A stretch of DNA of 64,000 nt, taken from Octopus sinensis (taxonomy: Eukaryota). A model generated the notes under the pieces. It did no database searches. It saw only the letters and a list, made by a program, of their open reading frames with translations, and had not been told where the DNA came from. Position 1 is the stretch's first letter. Every line of letters begins with the position of its first letter. Made by a program: the position numbers and the translations under genes. Positions 13,420 through 28,173 of the stretch are shown in pieces. The stretch covers positions 25,792,001 through 25,856,000 of the forward strand of contig NC_043020.1 of NCBI RefSeq assembly GCF_006345805.1, given 5' to 3'.

Positions 13420-13760
13420 AACCCTGAAATTTGTGGGGAAGGGACCAGTCGATTATATCAACACCAGTGTTTCACTGGTACGTAATTTATCGACCCTTAA
13501 AGGATGAGAAGCTAAGTCGACCCTGAAAGGATGAAAAGCTAAGTCGACCCCGACGGAATTTGAACTCAGAACATAAATAAGGACGAAATGCTGCTAAGCA
13601 TTTTGCTCGGCCTTGTAACAATTCAACCAGCTCATCGCCTTTTTCAAATTTTGGCCCAGAGGGGCTAAGTCGATTACATCGACCCTAGTGCTCAACTGGT
13701 ACTTATTTTATCGATCTCGAAATGATGAAAGGCAAAGTCAACCTAACGGAATTAGCATAA
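13420..13760 (-). mobile_element. Cluster of Nin/Deu-type SINE fragments
   Basis: Repeated TTTATCGA..AAGGATGA(A/G)AAG..AAGTCGACC; internal 24-bp duplication at ~13500-13550. Confidence 0.7.
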
Positions 13761-13865
13761 ATACTACAAGTTCATTAATACAGCACAGGGCAGCGTACTA
13801 ATCTGTGAAAGGTATCTGTATTTTGTCTGCGGAGCATGGAAATTTGAAGTTCCTGTTAGGCAATT

Positions 13866-14170
13866 GTTATTTGTTCCTTCTCGAGCCACGCCTGGCTCAT
13901 AAGGGCCGGTTTCCCGGTTTCTTGGCGTATAGGTTCCCCACCTGGACGGCACGCCGGTCCATGGCAGGTGAGCTGAGCTGCAAGATGCAGGAGGAAAGAG
14001 TAAGAGAAAGCTGTGGCGAAAGAGTCAGCAGAAGTCTCGCCATTACCTTCTGCCGGAGCCGCGTGGAGCTCATGTGTTTCGCTCATAAACACACACATCT
14101 TCTGGTCTGAGATTTCGAACCAGCGATCCCTCGACCGCGAGTCTGCTGCTCTAACCACTAAGCCATATGC

Positions 14171-14261
<91 letters not shown>

Positions 14262-14808
14262 CGTATAGTTTGTTCCTTCTCGAGTCATCCCTGGCTCATA
14301 AGGGCTGGTTTCCCGGTTTCTTGGCGTATAGGTTCCCCACCTGGACGGCACACCGGTCCGTCACTGGTGAGCTACAAGATGCAGGAGGAAAGAGTGAGAG
14401 ATAGTTATGGCAAAAGAGTCAGCAGAAGTTTCGCCATTACCTTCTGCCGGAGCCGAGTGGAGCTTAGGTGCATATATATATGCCACTGTGTGCTGTTGTT
14501 GTTTGTTCCTTCTCGAGTTATGCCTGGCTCATAAGGTCAGTTTCCCGGTTTCTTGGCGTATAGGTTCCCCACCTGGACGGCACGCCGGTCCATCGCAGGT
14601 GAGGTGAGCTGCAAAATGCAGGAGGAAAGAGTGAGAGAAAGTTGTGGCGAAAGAGTCAGCAGAAGTCTCGCCATTATCTTCTGCCGGAGCCGCGTGGGGC
14701 TTAGGTGTTTTCGCTCATAAACACACACATCGTCCGGTCTGAGATTTCGAACCAGCGATCCCTCGACCGCGAATCCGCTGCTCTAACCACTAGGCCATGT
14801 GCCTCCAC
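13866..14808 (-). mobile_element. Three tandem copies of an RTE-tailed tRNA-derived SINE (family C)
   Basis: TTGTTCCTTCTCGAG..CCTGGCTCATAAGG..TTCCCGGTTTCTTGGCGTATAGGTTCCCCACCTGGACGG at ~13870, ~14270 and ~14503; tRNA-like heads at 14110-14172 and 14735-14808. Confidence 0.85.
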
Positions 14809-15142
14809 CGTTAGGAAATTAGAGCAGTTTGTTAGAGATTTTGGAGTATCTGTGTCCAGAAAACCGATGGTGTTATAGTAATTTTATCTTTTCATATTCC
14901 GTTGCTTGTCACGTCTTATGCTTGAGAGTTACGTTTGAGAATAACGTTAACCACGGAACGAAAATTTTAACTTAACAAAATAAATTGAATTGTTAGGTTT
15001 GTAACTATGTTATATGCGGAACGAAATGGCGGACATTGTGAAAGAAGTTCGTCTGTTGAGCTTCTCAGAACCTAAACTATGGAAGGAAGTTTTAGATATA
15101 ATGAAAGAAACTCACGTTTATAGTTTATAAATCTATATACGT

Positions 15143-15381
15143 ATGCATGCCCACACACACATACACACATATGAACATGCGCGCGCACACACATACATAT
15201 GTATATATTCATACATTACATGCTTACACACATCCCGCACAAGCACACACATATACACAAGCACAAACACACGCAGACACACACGCACACACACACACAA
15301 AGCGTCTATCTTTCTCACACACACACACGCTCTCACTCATATGTACAGACATACATATATACAGACACAAATACAGACTCT

Positions 15382-15412
<31 letters not shown>

Positions 15413-15781
15413 CGTCTTTCTCTCTCTCTCTCTCTCTCTCACGCACTCTTATGCACAGACACAGACACACACTCGCACAGACACACAAACCGTCACTTTC
15501 TCTCTTCTCTCTTTCTCTCACTCTCTCTCACACACATACACCCATGTGGACAAACTCGCACAGACACACAAGTATACACACACACACCGTCTCCCTCTCT
15601 CTCTCTCACACACAAACCCAAATACACACACACACTCGCACAGACACAGAAACACCGTCTCCCTCTCTCTCTCTCTCACTCACACACCCATATGCCCACA
15701 CTCGCACAGACATACAAGTATACACACACACCGACTCCTTCTCCCTCTCTTACACACACACACCCATATGCACACACACAG

Positions 15782-15827
<46 letters not shown>

Positions 15828-16020
15828 AGAAACACCGTCTCCCTCTCTCTCTCTCACTCACACACCCATATGCCCACACTCGCACAGACATACAAGTATA
15901 CACACACACCGTCTCCTTCTCCCTCTCTTACACACACACACCCATATGCACACACACACACACTCGCACGCGCACACACACACACACACACACACAGACA
16001 CACAAACACACACACACACG

Positions 16021-16064
<44 letters not shown>

Positions 16065-16260
16065 ACACACACTCGCACGCACCACACCCAACACACACAC
16101 CACACACACAACACACACACACCACGCACGCCACACACACACACACACAACACACCCACACAAGACAACAACAAACACCACACACTCGCACTCAACACAC
16201 ACACACCACACACCAAACACAACACACAGACACACACAAAAACACACACACACGCATGTA
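15143..16260. repeat. CA/CT-rich compound minisatellite
   Basis: Recurring units CTCGCACAGACA(C/T)ACAAGTATACACACACACCG..CTCTCTCT..CACCCATATG. Confidence 0.9.
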
Positions 16261-16779
16261 TATTTATAGTACGCCTATCTGTCAAATCAACAATTATGAA
16301 TGCGAAATGTCTTCAACCGTTCGTTAATTCCTCTATAATTATCCAAGATTTGTTTGTACATCATTAATCAATCTCATTGAACTGGTTGAAATTCTTCATT
16401 TCACCTCCAAGTAGGTTCTTCATTTTAATCTAATGAGCAGTTTACAGAAGACCAGTGATTACGAGTCCGTCTTGTGTGCGCTCTGTAGTAATGGAAGCTT
16501 CTAAGACGGCCGTAAAAATATCCAGATATGTAGCCATGTTCACGTATGGTCACACCTACTTATCTGCTGTTATCTTCCGTCTTTCGCTGGTTTTACTCAT
16601 TGGATTGCGACCATGATGGGACACCACCTCGAAGAATTTTTGCTTGTCCTTGTTTTTTTTTGTTTTGTTTTAAGCGAATTGTCCTATAGTTCTTTTTTTC
16701 CCTCATTTTTTTAGTTTTTGGTTTTGTTTTAGCATTTGGTTATTCATTCTATCGTTCTCGTTTAGCCGAACCGCAAAGG

Positions 16780-18299
16780 TCCCGGAAGCGACGTAAGCAT
16801 CGTATTCATCATCGTTGTCGTCGTCGTCGTCGTCATCGTTACCGTTGACATCATCATCGCCATGATCATCATCATCGACATCATCGCTGACATCGTCGTC
16901 GTAATTTTTATCATTGTCGTCATCGCCGTTGTCGTCGTCATCGTCATCATCATCGTCGTCGTCGTCATCATCATCATCGTCAGCGTCGTCGTCATCGTCG
17001 TCGTCATCCTCCTCCTCCTCCTCCTCCTCATCATCATCATCATCAACAACAACAGCAGCAAGAGCGCTATAATCGACTACGCTAGCAATTTCTGATGTTG
17101 TAATGGAAATCATTTCCAAAGGAACAAGAACATCATCATCATCATCATCATCACTACCATCATCATCATCATGATCATCATCATCATCAGTTGCAGTAGC
17201 AGCAGCAGCAGCAACAATAACAACAATGACAGCGAGAAAAACAGCAACCTACACAACACCTCCACTGCTAACACTAACAAGAACATCAGCAATAACAATG
17301 TAAGCGACATCAAAACCACGACCCCCCACAGCAAAGTTCCCCACCGTCAACCACCACCACCATCCCACCTTCCACTGGCAAAAATAAATGAGAACAACAT
17401 AAACAACGCTTGAAGCCATCGCTACCACCACCACCACCACCAACACCACCAAAGGCTAGCAACAACACAAGCAATAACAACAAAACCAAAGACGTCTTAA
17501 ACAAAGCTAAAATCCTCACTATCAGAATATCTCCACCACCACCGCCAACACCACCACCACCACCACCGACACTCTTACCACACCCCCATAAAGGCCTGCA
17601 TTGCCATCACCTCTACCAAGGCCACCACCACCAGCCACTACCGCCGCCGCCACCATCATCCTCAACGTTCACTCTCACCATCACCCCATTACTACCAACA
17701 TCATCACCTCCGTCACCACCACCACCACCACCACCATCACAACCACCACTCCATCACTACCATCATTACCATCATCCTCACGTTCACTCTAACCACTACC
17801 ACCACCACCACCACCACCCACCACCACCAGCAGCGTTATGAATAAACAGAACAACAAGAAGAACGTCAACACCTTATTCTCTATTTCTATCTTCAACGCC
17901 AACGCCTCTTTGACAATGAATATAAACAACACAACAACAGCAACAACAACAACAATAACAGCAACAACAATAGCAACAACATCACTTTAGCCATCACCAT
18001 CACCATAATCAAAAATCATATCAAAACCATTACAATCGGTTACAAAGGATACTGTCGCAAAGAATACTCAAGAATTCCTGCAATCGATATCAACCACTTC
18101 AGGAATCAAATAAACAACAGCAGCAGCAATAGTAGCAGCAGTAGCAGCAGCAGTAGCAGCAGCAAGGGTACCAATGCCACGACAATGAAGAATACGGATG
18201 CTGTATATGCAGAACAGCAGAACCAAGACCAACACCGATAACGCCATCAAGAAGAGCAAAAACAATTCTGGCATCAACACCACCACCACCACCACCACC

Positions 18300-18331
<32 letters not shown>

Positions 18332-18357
18332 CAACAGCAGCAGTAGTGAGGACAGTA

Positions 18358-18390
<33 letters not shown>

Positions 18391-19400
18391 CCGCGGTGGT
18401 GTTAGGAACAACAGTGTAAGCAAGGACAATGGCAGGACCGCCAGCATTAAAGACTGGTGCTAATAAATTTACAGACACAGATGGTAGCAAATATAAGGAA
18501 CGCCTCGCCACGAATCGCCAACGTGACACGGATACCATCACCACCACCACCACCACCACCACCGCCGACTACGACCGTCGCCGCCGTCGCCGCCGTCGCC
18601 GCCGTCACTGCCACAACCGCCTCCACCATCGCCACCAACGCCATCACAAACGTAGCAGTACCACAGTACCACAGCACCACCGTCACCAATAACCGGTACC
18701 ACCATAGCAAAAAGCACAAAGATATAATACCACCACCACCACCAACGACAACAACAACAAGCAATAATACCAATGCCAGAGTAATTTCAACCACCACAAC
18801 AGACGGCAACACCGAAACCATGACCAGCAAGAATGGCCAAAACAATGCCATCATTAACACCATCATCATCGCCACCGACAGAGCCACTACCACCAAAACC
18901 ACAACCACCACCACCTCTAAAGTCACTACCGCTAACACCACCACCACCTACACCGTCATCACCTACACCGTCACCACCACCAGAACCAGCAGCAACACCA
19001 CCACCACCACTACCACCACTACCAGAGCCACTACCACCACTTCCTCCACCCCCATCAGAACTAGCACTACCTCCACCTACTCCGTCATCTACACCGACGA
19101 CCAAGACCTACACCGTCACCACCACCAGAACCAGCAGCGACACCACCACCGCCACCACTACCAGAACCACTACCACCACTATCAATACCAACACTTCCAC
19201 CTCCACTATCAGAACTAGCACCACCACCACCACCACCAATAATAGCCACAGCACGAACTCGGATGCCAATAATAATATGACCAAAATCACCGCCACCACC
19301 AGCAGCAGCAGCAGCACCACCACCACCACCACATACAACCAACAACAACAACAACAACAACAATAACAACAACACCGTCAATATTAGCAACAACATCAAC
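16780..19400. repeat. 2.6-kb triplet-mosaic low-complexity tract (ATC/ACC/AAC/AGC)
   Basis: Mixed trinucleotide repeats with frequent stops; internal ~130-150-bp duplication near 18957-19235. Confidence 0.85.
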
Positions 19401-19920
19401 TAACATAACAATAACTTTTGAAAATCTGAACGAAAGAAAATGAGATGTGTGATATATTGTCAAAATGAGATATATGATATCTTGTCAAAGAGAGACTCTC
19501 GAGGGGGCAAAAAGAAAAAAAAAACTGTTTAATAAAAGACAAAACGCTATTTTTCAAAAATATTAAGAAAAAAACAAAACAGCGAAATAAAAAAACAAAC
19601 GGAAACCATCGGAAGAAAACATAAACAAACTTCATATCCACCATTTAATTCCGTCACATCCATTTACACAATCGCAAACAGTATGACGCTTCGATTTGAA
19701 TTTGTTATGATTTTCTCTTCCATTCGTTTAGCTTTGCTATTTTTCTTCTCGCCAAAACCCAGTATTATTTCTCTTCTGCCTCCGACGATCGCACCGTTGC
19801 TCTACTGCGTTCACACCAAGCGATATTTTCCCGCTCTGACACATCGCACTGTATGTCTTTGTTTTTTAGCCACCGAAAAAAAACCCCCAAAAAAAACTCG
19901 CCATTAAAATTTATATATTA

Positions 19921-20222
19921 CTCTTTTACTCTTTCACTTGTTTCAGTCATTTGACTGCGGCCACGCTGGAGTACCACCTTTAACCGAGCAACTCGACCCC
20001 GGGACTTATTCTTTTGTCAGCCTAGTACTTATTCTATCGGTCTCTCTTGTCGAACCGCTAGGTGACGGGGACGTAAACACACCAGCATCGGTTGCCAAAC
20101 AATGCTAGGGGGACAAACACAGACACACAAACACTTGCCCAAGATGCCACGCAGTGGGACTGAACCCGAAACCATGTGGTTGGTAAGCAAGCTACTTACC
20201 ACACAGCCACTCCTGCGCCTAT
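19921..20222 (-). mobile_element. CORE-type SINE family B (internally deleted)
   Basis: CTCTTTTACTC..TTGTTTCAGTCATTTGACTGCGGCC tail through CTTACCACACAGCCACTCCTGCGCCTA head. Confidence 0.9.
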
Positions 20223-20317
20223 ATATGTATTTTTTAAAGATTTTCCTTCCGTCCACCACCATTACGCTCAAGAAAAAAATATAAAAAATAAATAAAAAAG
20301 ATATGAAAAAGCAAGAA

Positions 20318-20465
20318 CGATTCGGACATGACTGTGTAGTAAGAAACTTCTTTCCCGACCACATGGTTCTGTGTTCAGTTCCATTGCATGGCACCTTGGG
20401 CAACTATTTTCTACTATAGCCACGGGCCAACCAAAGTCTTCTGTGTCAAAATTGGTAACACAAAC
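20318..20465 (+). mobile_element. CORE-type SINE family B, 5' part
   Basis: CCACATGGTTC..GGCACCTTGGGCAA..TTCTACTATAGCC. Confidence 0.75.
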
Positions 20466-21015
20466 AGGACAGTAAAAACAAACAGGAAGGTCTGCTAAGC
20501 CCAAACGAGATTGTGGTGGCGAACACTGAAATCAAGCTTGGACAGGAGACAGACAAGAGCACGTCTTCTTTGATTCGGCTACAGCAGAAAGAAAGAAACA
20601 CAAGTTAGGAGAAAGATGGCCGATGGTCACGTTGTGGCCACGTGAGCAAGGGAGGAGGAGTGAGGGAGAGAGAGTGACAGACTGAGAACTTTGGAGGTGA
20701 GAGGAAAATATTGGAGATTGGATAGGTGAAAAAAGCTGGAGGGGAAAAGGGGAGAAAGGAAGATAGAAAAAAAAACGAAAGAGTAATAGCATAGAATAAT
20801 GGGAAAAGAGGAGGTAAAAGAATAAGAGAGAGAAAGAGTGAAAAACGAAAGAGTAAAAAGACAGTAGAAAACAATCAGAATTATTTAGATAAAACATACT
20901 TGGAAGAGGATGCGTGGCATTCAATCTTATAATAATTTAAATAATATATATATGTGTATATATATATATATATATAATATATGTGTGTGTGTACATACAT
21001 CTATACGTGCATATA

Positions 21016-21336
21016 CTCTTTTACTCTTTTACTTGTTTCAGTCATTTGACTGCGGCCATGCTGGAGCAGTACTTATTCTATTGGTCTCTTTTTGTCGACC
21101 CGCTAAGTGACAGGTACATAAACACACCAGCATCGGTTGTCAAACAATGCTAGGGAGACAAATACAGACACACAAACATACACGCGCACACACACACACA
21201 TATATATATATACATATATACGACGGGCTTCTTTCAGTTTCCGTCTACCAAATCCACCCAGAAGGCTTTGGTCAGCCCGAGGCTATAGTAGACGACACGC
21301 AGTGGGACTGAACCCGGAACCATGTGGTTGGTAAGC
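21016..21336 (-). mobile_element. CORE-type SINE family B
   Basis: Family B tail and body, reverse complement. Confidence 0.85.
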
Positions 21337-21350
21337 GTAAGTAAAAACTG

Positions 21351-21405
<55 letters not shown>

Positions 21406-22062
21406 TAAGGTGCTGGCGTTGATTCGTTCGACTAGAATTCTCCAAGGTGGTGCCCCAGTATGGCCGCAGAGTGCAACGCCTGAAGGAAACAAACGGTAAA
21501 AGTTAAAATGGAATAAAATCAAATCACTATCGCTTCTCTCCAGATCCGCTATCACTTCTGCCAAAACCCAACACCATCTTCCCTACTTCACTCATACCAA
21601 TACCAATATTCGCCTTCTAATACACTGCATACTTTTTACCGCCCCAAAATACACCATCGATTTTTTTGTCTTTTTACTCCAATCCTATCGTTCCATTCAC
21701 CGACAGCTTTCTCTGAAAAATATTTTTAAAAGATCTCCAAAAGCAAACAAGAAAATCAACACCAATCTGCCTCAACAGAGAAAAGCAAAGATTTCAAAAT
21801 GATATTTAAACATTAAACCATCCCAAATGGAAACTAACGAACTGTAATCATATATTTTGATTTTGTGCATCTTTTGAAGTGAGAATATGTTGAGAAGAGA
21901 AAACAAGATGGCGGCCGGAGAAAATTGAGTTAAAGTGTAAAAAGCAAGGGACTTTGTTAATAACAAGAAGCAAACATGTTTACGAAACGTTGGTTGGTTA
22001 AATGTGTCAGTATAAGCATGCGCACGTTTGAAAATTTATCGCTTTTGATATATTCATATCAA

Positions 22063-22094
<32 letters not shown>

Positions 22095-22367
22095 TTATAC
22101 ATATATAAATATATGTGTGTGTGTATACATATATAAATATGTGTACGTATGTATGTGTGGGTATGTATGTATATATATATATGCATGTATATAAAAATGA
22201 ATGCTAATCATATAGATTTATAGTACACACGCACACACTTGCTTAGGTATAAATGCATAGCACACACACATACACACATCTATCATATATATGATCTGTA
22301 TATACACCTATAATAAATTTGTCTCTATCTAATTATATATATGTATGTATGTAAAAATAATATGTAT

Positions 22368-22401
<34 letters not shown>

Positions 22402-23204
22402 AATATATATATATAAATATACACACATTTGTGTGTATATATATATACACGCACAGATTTGTATATATATATATATATGTATATATATATAATATTCATA
22501 TAAATACATATATGCATGTATGTATATACATCTATTTATATCTGTCTATCTATCTATTTATCTATCTATCTATATCTATCTATCTATCTATCTCTATCTA
22601 TCTATCTCTCTATCTATCTCTCATCTATTTATCTATCTATTTATCTATATCTACAATTATATATATATGCATCGCTTCAATTTACAAGAAGCAAAATACG
22701 GTTAGTCGACTTAACTGTTAACGTTTTCTACACACAAAGCCGCATCCAGTGATATATAACTGAAAAGTGAGCATGTCTCTATTTCTAAATAACCACTGCT
22801 ATTCATCAGAAATTAAGAGATGCTCTCTCTCACTCCCCATGGAAGTATACTGCTACATGTTTGCAACACTCATACGTGTGATGTATTCGTTCCTTCCTGT
22901 TTAACTTTCCTTTTATTTTACTTTTTTTTATTCGTTTTCGAACCTTATGACATTAGAAAGACTTATACTTTCTGTTCATAAGCGCAAAGCCACAAGTTTT
23001 ATAGCTGCGTATATTTACTGACTCCGTTAGGAATATAAGGTTTCGAAGCTTTTTCAGCTACCATGTAGTTTCAAGTTCAATGCCAATGTCCCACACATCG
23101 TTAAGTGTCTTCAGCCACTGTTTAGTGTGTTTGGAGGTAATTTGGTAGACAGAGGGACGTCGTATATATGTATCTATAGATGTATGTATGTCACTTCTAT
23201 TCTT

Positions 23205-23775
23205 TAATTATTATAAATCTCCCATTGAAGAGGGAGCCGGTTTCCAGCAAAGATTCATGGCTCCATCTTTGGGATGTAGTTAACACGGACAAATTCACAT
23301 TTGGAACTTGAGAAAAGTCTTGCATATTTTTACTTTGCCACTCACAGACTGGACTTGTAATGTACGAATTAGCCAGTCGATTTCTCTTTCTGAAAATCCC
23401 AGATTATCCGGATTCTCCTTTAGGCATTTACCTAGTGCTCCAATTATTATTGGAATGAATATGAATTCATAGTCAGGATATAGAAGCTGAAGATTTCGAA
23501 ACAGTTGTCCATAGATCTCTTTTTATTTGATTTTCAAAAACATATTTATATCTGCTCTATGATGGTACCTTTGTCCCTCTGTCTCAAACAACAATATCCG
23601 CCCTGTTATGATTACGTTCAACAGAACCTTTGATGGGAATATTCCACCACTATTCCTTGAGTTGGTGTCTATGAATGTATTCCATAACAAAGGGATTTTC
23701 TAAGTTTATTTCAGGACGGTCATTTTTGCTGATGGCATTGTTAATTGTTTGAGCAATTTCATGGCTTCTCATCTT
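23205..23775 (-). pseudogene. 3' fragment of an RLE-type non-LTR retrotransposon (R4/Dong-like C-terminal restriction-like endonuclease) with 3' UTR
   Basis: Minus-strand translation pieces across frameshifts and stops: SHEIAQTINNAI..EYIHRHQLKE, NIPIK..HNRADIVV, LQLLYPDYEFIFIPIIIGALG, LQVQSVSG.VKICKTFLKFQM*. This matches the PD..D/E..K RLE layout. Confidence 0.7.
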
Positions 23776-23782
23776 AATAATT

Positions 23783-23875
<93 letters not shown>

Positions 23876-23993
23876 CTGATGATGGTAACATGAGTGAATG
23901 ACAAAATATTTCAATAATAATTAACAGAAAAAAGGAAGCAGTGGGGTGTGGGTGTGGACTGGTGGTGGTGTAGAAAGGTACTGCATCAGGGCA

Positions 23994-24043
<50 letters not shown>

Positions 24044-24044
24044 C

Positions 24045-24075
<31 letters not shown>

Positions 24076-24479
24076 TAGTAGTAGTGGTGGTTGTTAAATC
24101 AAAGAACTGATAATTGTCCCTACTCCGACGCCGACTTACTCCTCCTGCTCCTTCTCCTCCTCTCTTTCCTCCTTCCTCTCTCCTTCCTCTCCGGACAGCA
24201 CAGCAATTGATCTGTCCATCGGCGTTCTCGTAAAATTAAACGAAGCATTTAGTTATCGACGACGTTAATAAACTATGCTTGTTTTTTTGGTCTCAAATAA
24301 AACATTTAAAACGTTTAAAAAATAAAGAATGCATATAATATATATATATATATATATATTATATATAATATATATATTATATATACATATATATATATAT
24401 ATATATAATGTATATATACATATGTATATCTATCTATATATCTATATGTATTATGTATATATATATTATATAATATATA

Positions 24480-24518
<39 letters not shown>

Positions 24519-24929
24519 GATATTAACAGGCCATTATAAAACATTATAAATAGATAAGAAATGGTAGAATATTTTACTACGAAAACAAACAGAATTAGAG
24601 AAAAAAACTACATAAATAAAATCATTAATTGACCAAACAGCCCGCTCTCTAACACTTCCAAAACCAATACAAAAACACACAAAAAAATGATAATATAAAA
24701 TAGAATAAAACTTATCCGCAACAATAAAAATAAAAGAAATTGAAAAGGAAAAAAGACTACGTAATCTAAAAACGGTTTATCTTAATCCTCCATTTCTGCT
24801 AGTTGCTAGGTGATGTCGTCTGTGAGGTGTTTGGTCGATTCTTTCCACCTCACCCCCACCAGTCCCCACCCCAGCACTTCCTTTTTTTTCCTGTTGATCA
24901 TTATTGAAATATTTTGTCATTCACTCATA

Positions 24930-25036
24930 TTACCATCAACAGCATTATTATTATATCATTAATATTATTATTATTATTATCATTATTATTATTATTAATA
25001 TTATTATAATTATCATTAATATTATTATTATTATTA

Positions 25037-25074
<38 letters not shown>

Positions 25075-25183
25075 ATCATTATTATTACTATTAATTTTAT
25101 TATTATTATTTTTATTATTATTTTTATTATTATATTATTATTATTATTATTATTATTATTTTATTATTATTATTTTTTACTAC

Positions 25184-25225
<42 letters not shown>

Positions 25226-25651
25226 CATTACTATTATTATTATTATTACATTTGTTTCTATATTTTGTATTGTTCTTTTTTATACATGTACATACATGTG
25301 TGTATGCATACACATACACACTCACACACATATATATATATGTATGTATATATATTTTAATATATATGTATGTATGTATATGTATACATATATATATGTT
25401 TTCGCTTTCATTGTGTTTGTCTTTTGTGCTTTGTTTTCGTGTATGCATATATTTTTGTCATCAAAGAATCGTTTTCTGCAACATAATAGATAAAAATAAA
25501 GATGCCACACTGCCCAATAATAGTAATAATAGTGACGATAATAATAATAATGATGATGATGATGGTGATGGTGATGATAATGATGATGATGATGATGATG
25601 ATGATGACGATGATGATGGCGATGTCGATGATGATGATGATGATGATGATA

Positions 25652-25713
<62 letters not shown>

Positions 25714-25876
25714 AACAGTGATGATGATGATGATGGCGATGATGATGATAAATATGACGTTGATGGTTCCGATGGCGAAGTTGGTGGACGTGGTGATGAA
25801 GATGTGATGGTAATAACATCAACGACAACAACAATATCGTTAATGACAATGATGATAATGATGATGATGGTGATGA

Positions 25877-25908
<32 letters not shown>

Positions 25909-25945
25909 ATGATGATGATGATGATGATGATGCTGATGCTGACAC
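24930..25945. repeat. (ATT)n, (TA/CA) and (GAT)n microsatellites
   Basis: Direct reading; source of the 379-aa artefact ORF. Confidence 0.95.
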
Positions 25946-26267
25946 CACATCTGAAAAAAGAAAGTAAAAATACTAATAATAAATCATCGAAAAAAAAAGG
26001 ACAAGCAAAAAAAGACAGGAATAATAAAGTGGAAAAAATATAACCAAAGAATAACAACGTTTTCCTTATAAATTCTTTAAGAAGCAACGCAAAGAAGCTT
26101 ATGAAGCGACTAACCTTATCTCCACCAGCAATCTCTTCTCATAGAGATAGGAAAGAAGAACTTCTGTAAAGAAGACAAGGTTGTGCAAAGAGGTGATTGG
26201 ACGTCACTACGCACTTTAGTTATAAACAAACAAGCACAGGGAAACGCACTCACACATGCGCACATAG

Positions 26268-26550
<283 letters not shown>

Positions 26551-26674
26551 GCTTTCTATTTAAGACATAGATAGACAGACAGACAGATAGATAGATGGAT
26601 TGATTGATTGAGTGATAGATAGATCAACAGATAGATAGATAGATAGACAGACATATATATATATATATAGATAA

Positions 26675-26731
<57 letters not shown>

Positions 26732-27259
26732 CAGACAGATAGACAGATACATGGATAAATATATATGCGTTTGTAGTACGTTGCATTTAGCATACATACA
26801 TATATGTATATATGTCACACAGTAATAAAATGTCAGCTAATGTACAACTCAAAATGAAAAATAGTATGAAATAAATATTTTCTTTATACACGAGAAAAGG
26901 TGACAGTTACTTATAAGTTTCACACCGGTTGTTACAGTGAGAGGTGTTTGCAGGCAGCAAGGTGAAACCTATGTGCAACTGTCAATGTTTATGATATATG
27001 GTTGTATAACGGAGGCGTCGCTTCGGAGACACGAAGGTACTCGTTCATGCCCATTGCGTCGCACCTTGGACAGGTGTTTATTACAATGACTCCGGACTGA
27101 CCGATGCGTTGAGAGTGAAATTAGGGTTTAGACGGGAACTGTTTAGAAGCTCGCAGGCGTGGCTGTATGGTAGGGAGATTGCTTCTCAACAGCATCTAGT
27201 TTGATATGAATTCTGTCTTTCAATCTTTAAGCAGCAGTACTTAATATATATATATAATA

Positions 27260-27326
<67 letters not shown>

Positions 27327-27327
<1 letters not shown>

Positions 27328-27697
27328 ATAGCAGTATCGCCCGGCGTTGCTCAGGTTTTAAGGGAAATAACTATAAAGCATTTTTAGAGAGTTATAGCCA
27401 AAAAATAGCAAAAAAATGGAAAAAAATGATGGTAATTTTTTTGAGAGTAAAAAGGGTAGTTGCGTCCCCTAGACGGTCTGTGGTTTGGGTTTCTGATTCT
27501 CGAACCCATGTCGAATTTATCGATTTTTTTCAGAACGGGGGAACTTTTCAAAATTTTGCGCTGCGTTAGTTTTGAATTATGACATTGGGCTATGTGTGTG
27601 TCAAGTTCATCAGAATCGTTGTTGAAAGCCGTGGTCAGGGTGAGGGTACGAGAAAACAGACACACAGAAAACGCACCAGACAAACTGCCGTTTATAT
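27327..27697 (+). mobile_element. Non-autonomous Helitron/Helentron-like (Lep1/DINE-like) element in a (TA)n tract
   Basis: 5' GCAGTATCGCCCGGCGTTGCTCAGG and 3' TCAAGTTCATCAGAATCG..ACAGACACACAG..CAAACTGCCGTTTATATA, a layout typical of that class (recalled). Confidence 0.6.
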
Positions 27698-28173
27698 ATA
27701 TATATATTATATATATATATATATATATATTACTCCCTACGACAGACACTACGAATTTATTTCGGCAGTATTATGTTGTGACTCACGTGGTAGAAATTCT
27801 GGAGAGGGATACGAATTCCACTTGTCTATAAAATGTGATATGTGATTAGTTCTGTATGCCCCGATGTCGCCTGGTCGGAAATATGGAGGGTAAGATTTCC
27901 TAGCATTTCTAGATTTATTTATCGGAATATTATGTTGATAAAGGAAATGAATCTTTGATTCTAATCCAGAAACGTGCGCGTCCATAATTGACCGTGGACT
28001 GTTTGATTTCGTTATTTTTCTTCGTTTCTTTTTGCCATATAATGAGTTACAAATACTGTTGACTGTAGGGACATATTTTTGTAGTAAAAGAAATAACAGT
28101 CCTCTGGCTGCTATTTCTAATACTTTCGGTATGTGGTCTAGCAACTTGTTGCAAAGACCCTCATTGTTATAAA

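Noticed and set aside
14735-14808. tRNA-like sequences (also 55144-55215, 32143-32215)
   Set aside because: These are SINE heads with A/B boxes that continue into SINE bodies; no complete cloverleaf
15143-16367. Three 350-400-aa His/Thr-rich ORFs
   Set aside because: Translations of a CA/CT minisatellite that is open in all frames; no domain content
16703-18950. Poly-D, poly-P/H and poly-T ORFs as a transcription-factor or mucin gene
   Set aside because: Frequent stops in every frame and no recognisable folded domain or splice structure
22765-22815. CUGAUGA on the minus strand followed by a GAAA
   Set aside because: Stem II register is off and stems I and III cannot be formed
24904-26043. 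379-aa ORF with poly-I, poly-L and poly-D
   Set aside because: Concatenated ATT, TA and GAT microsatellites
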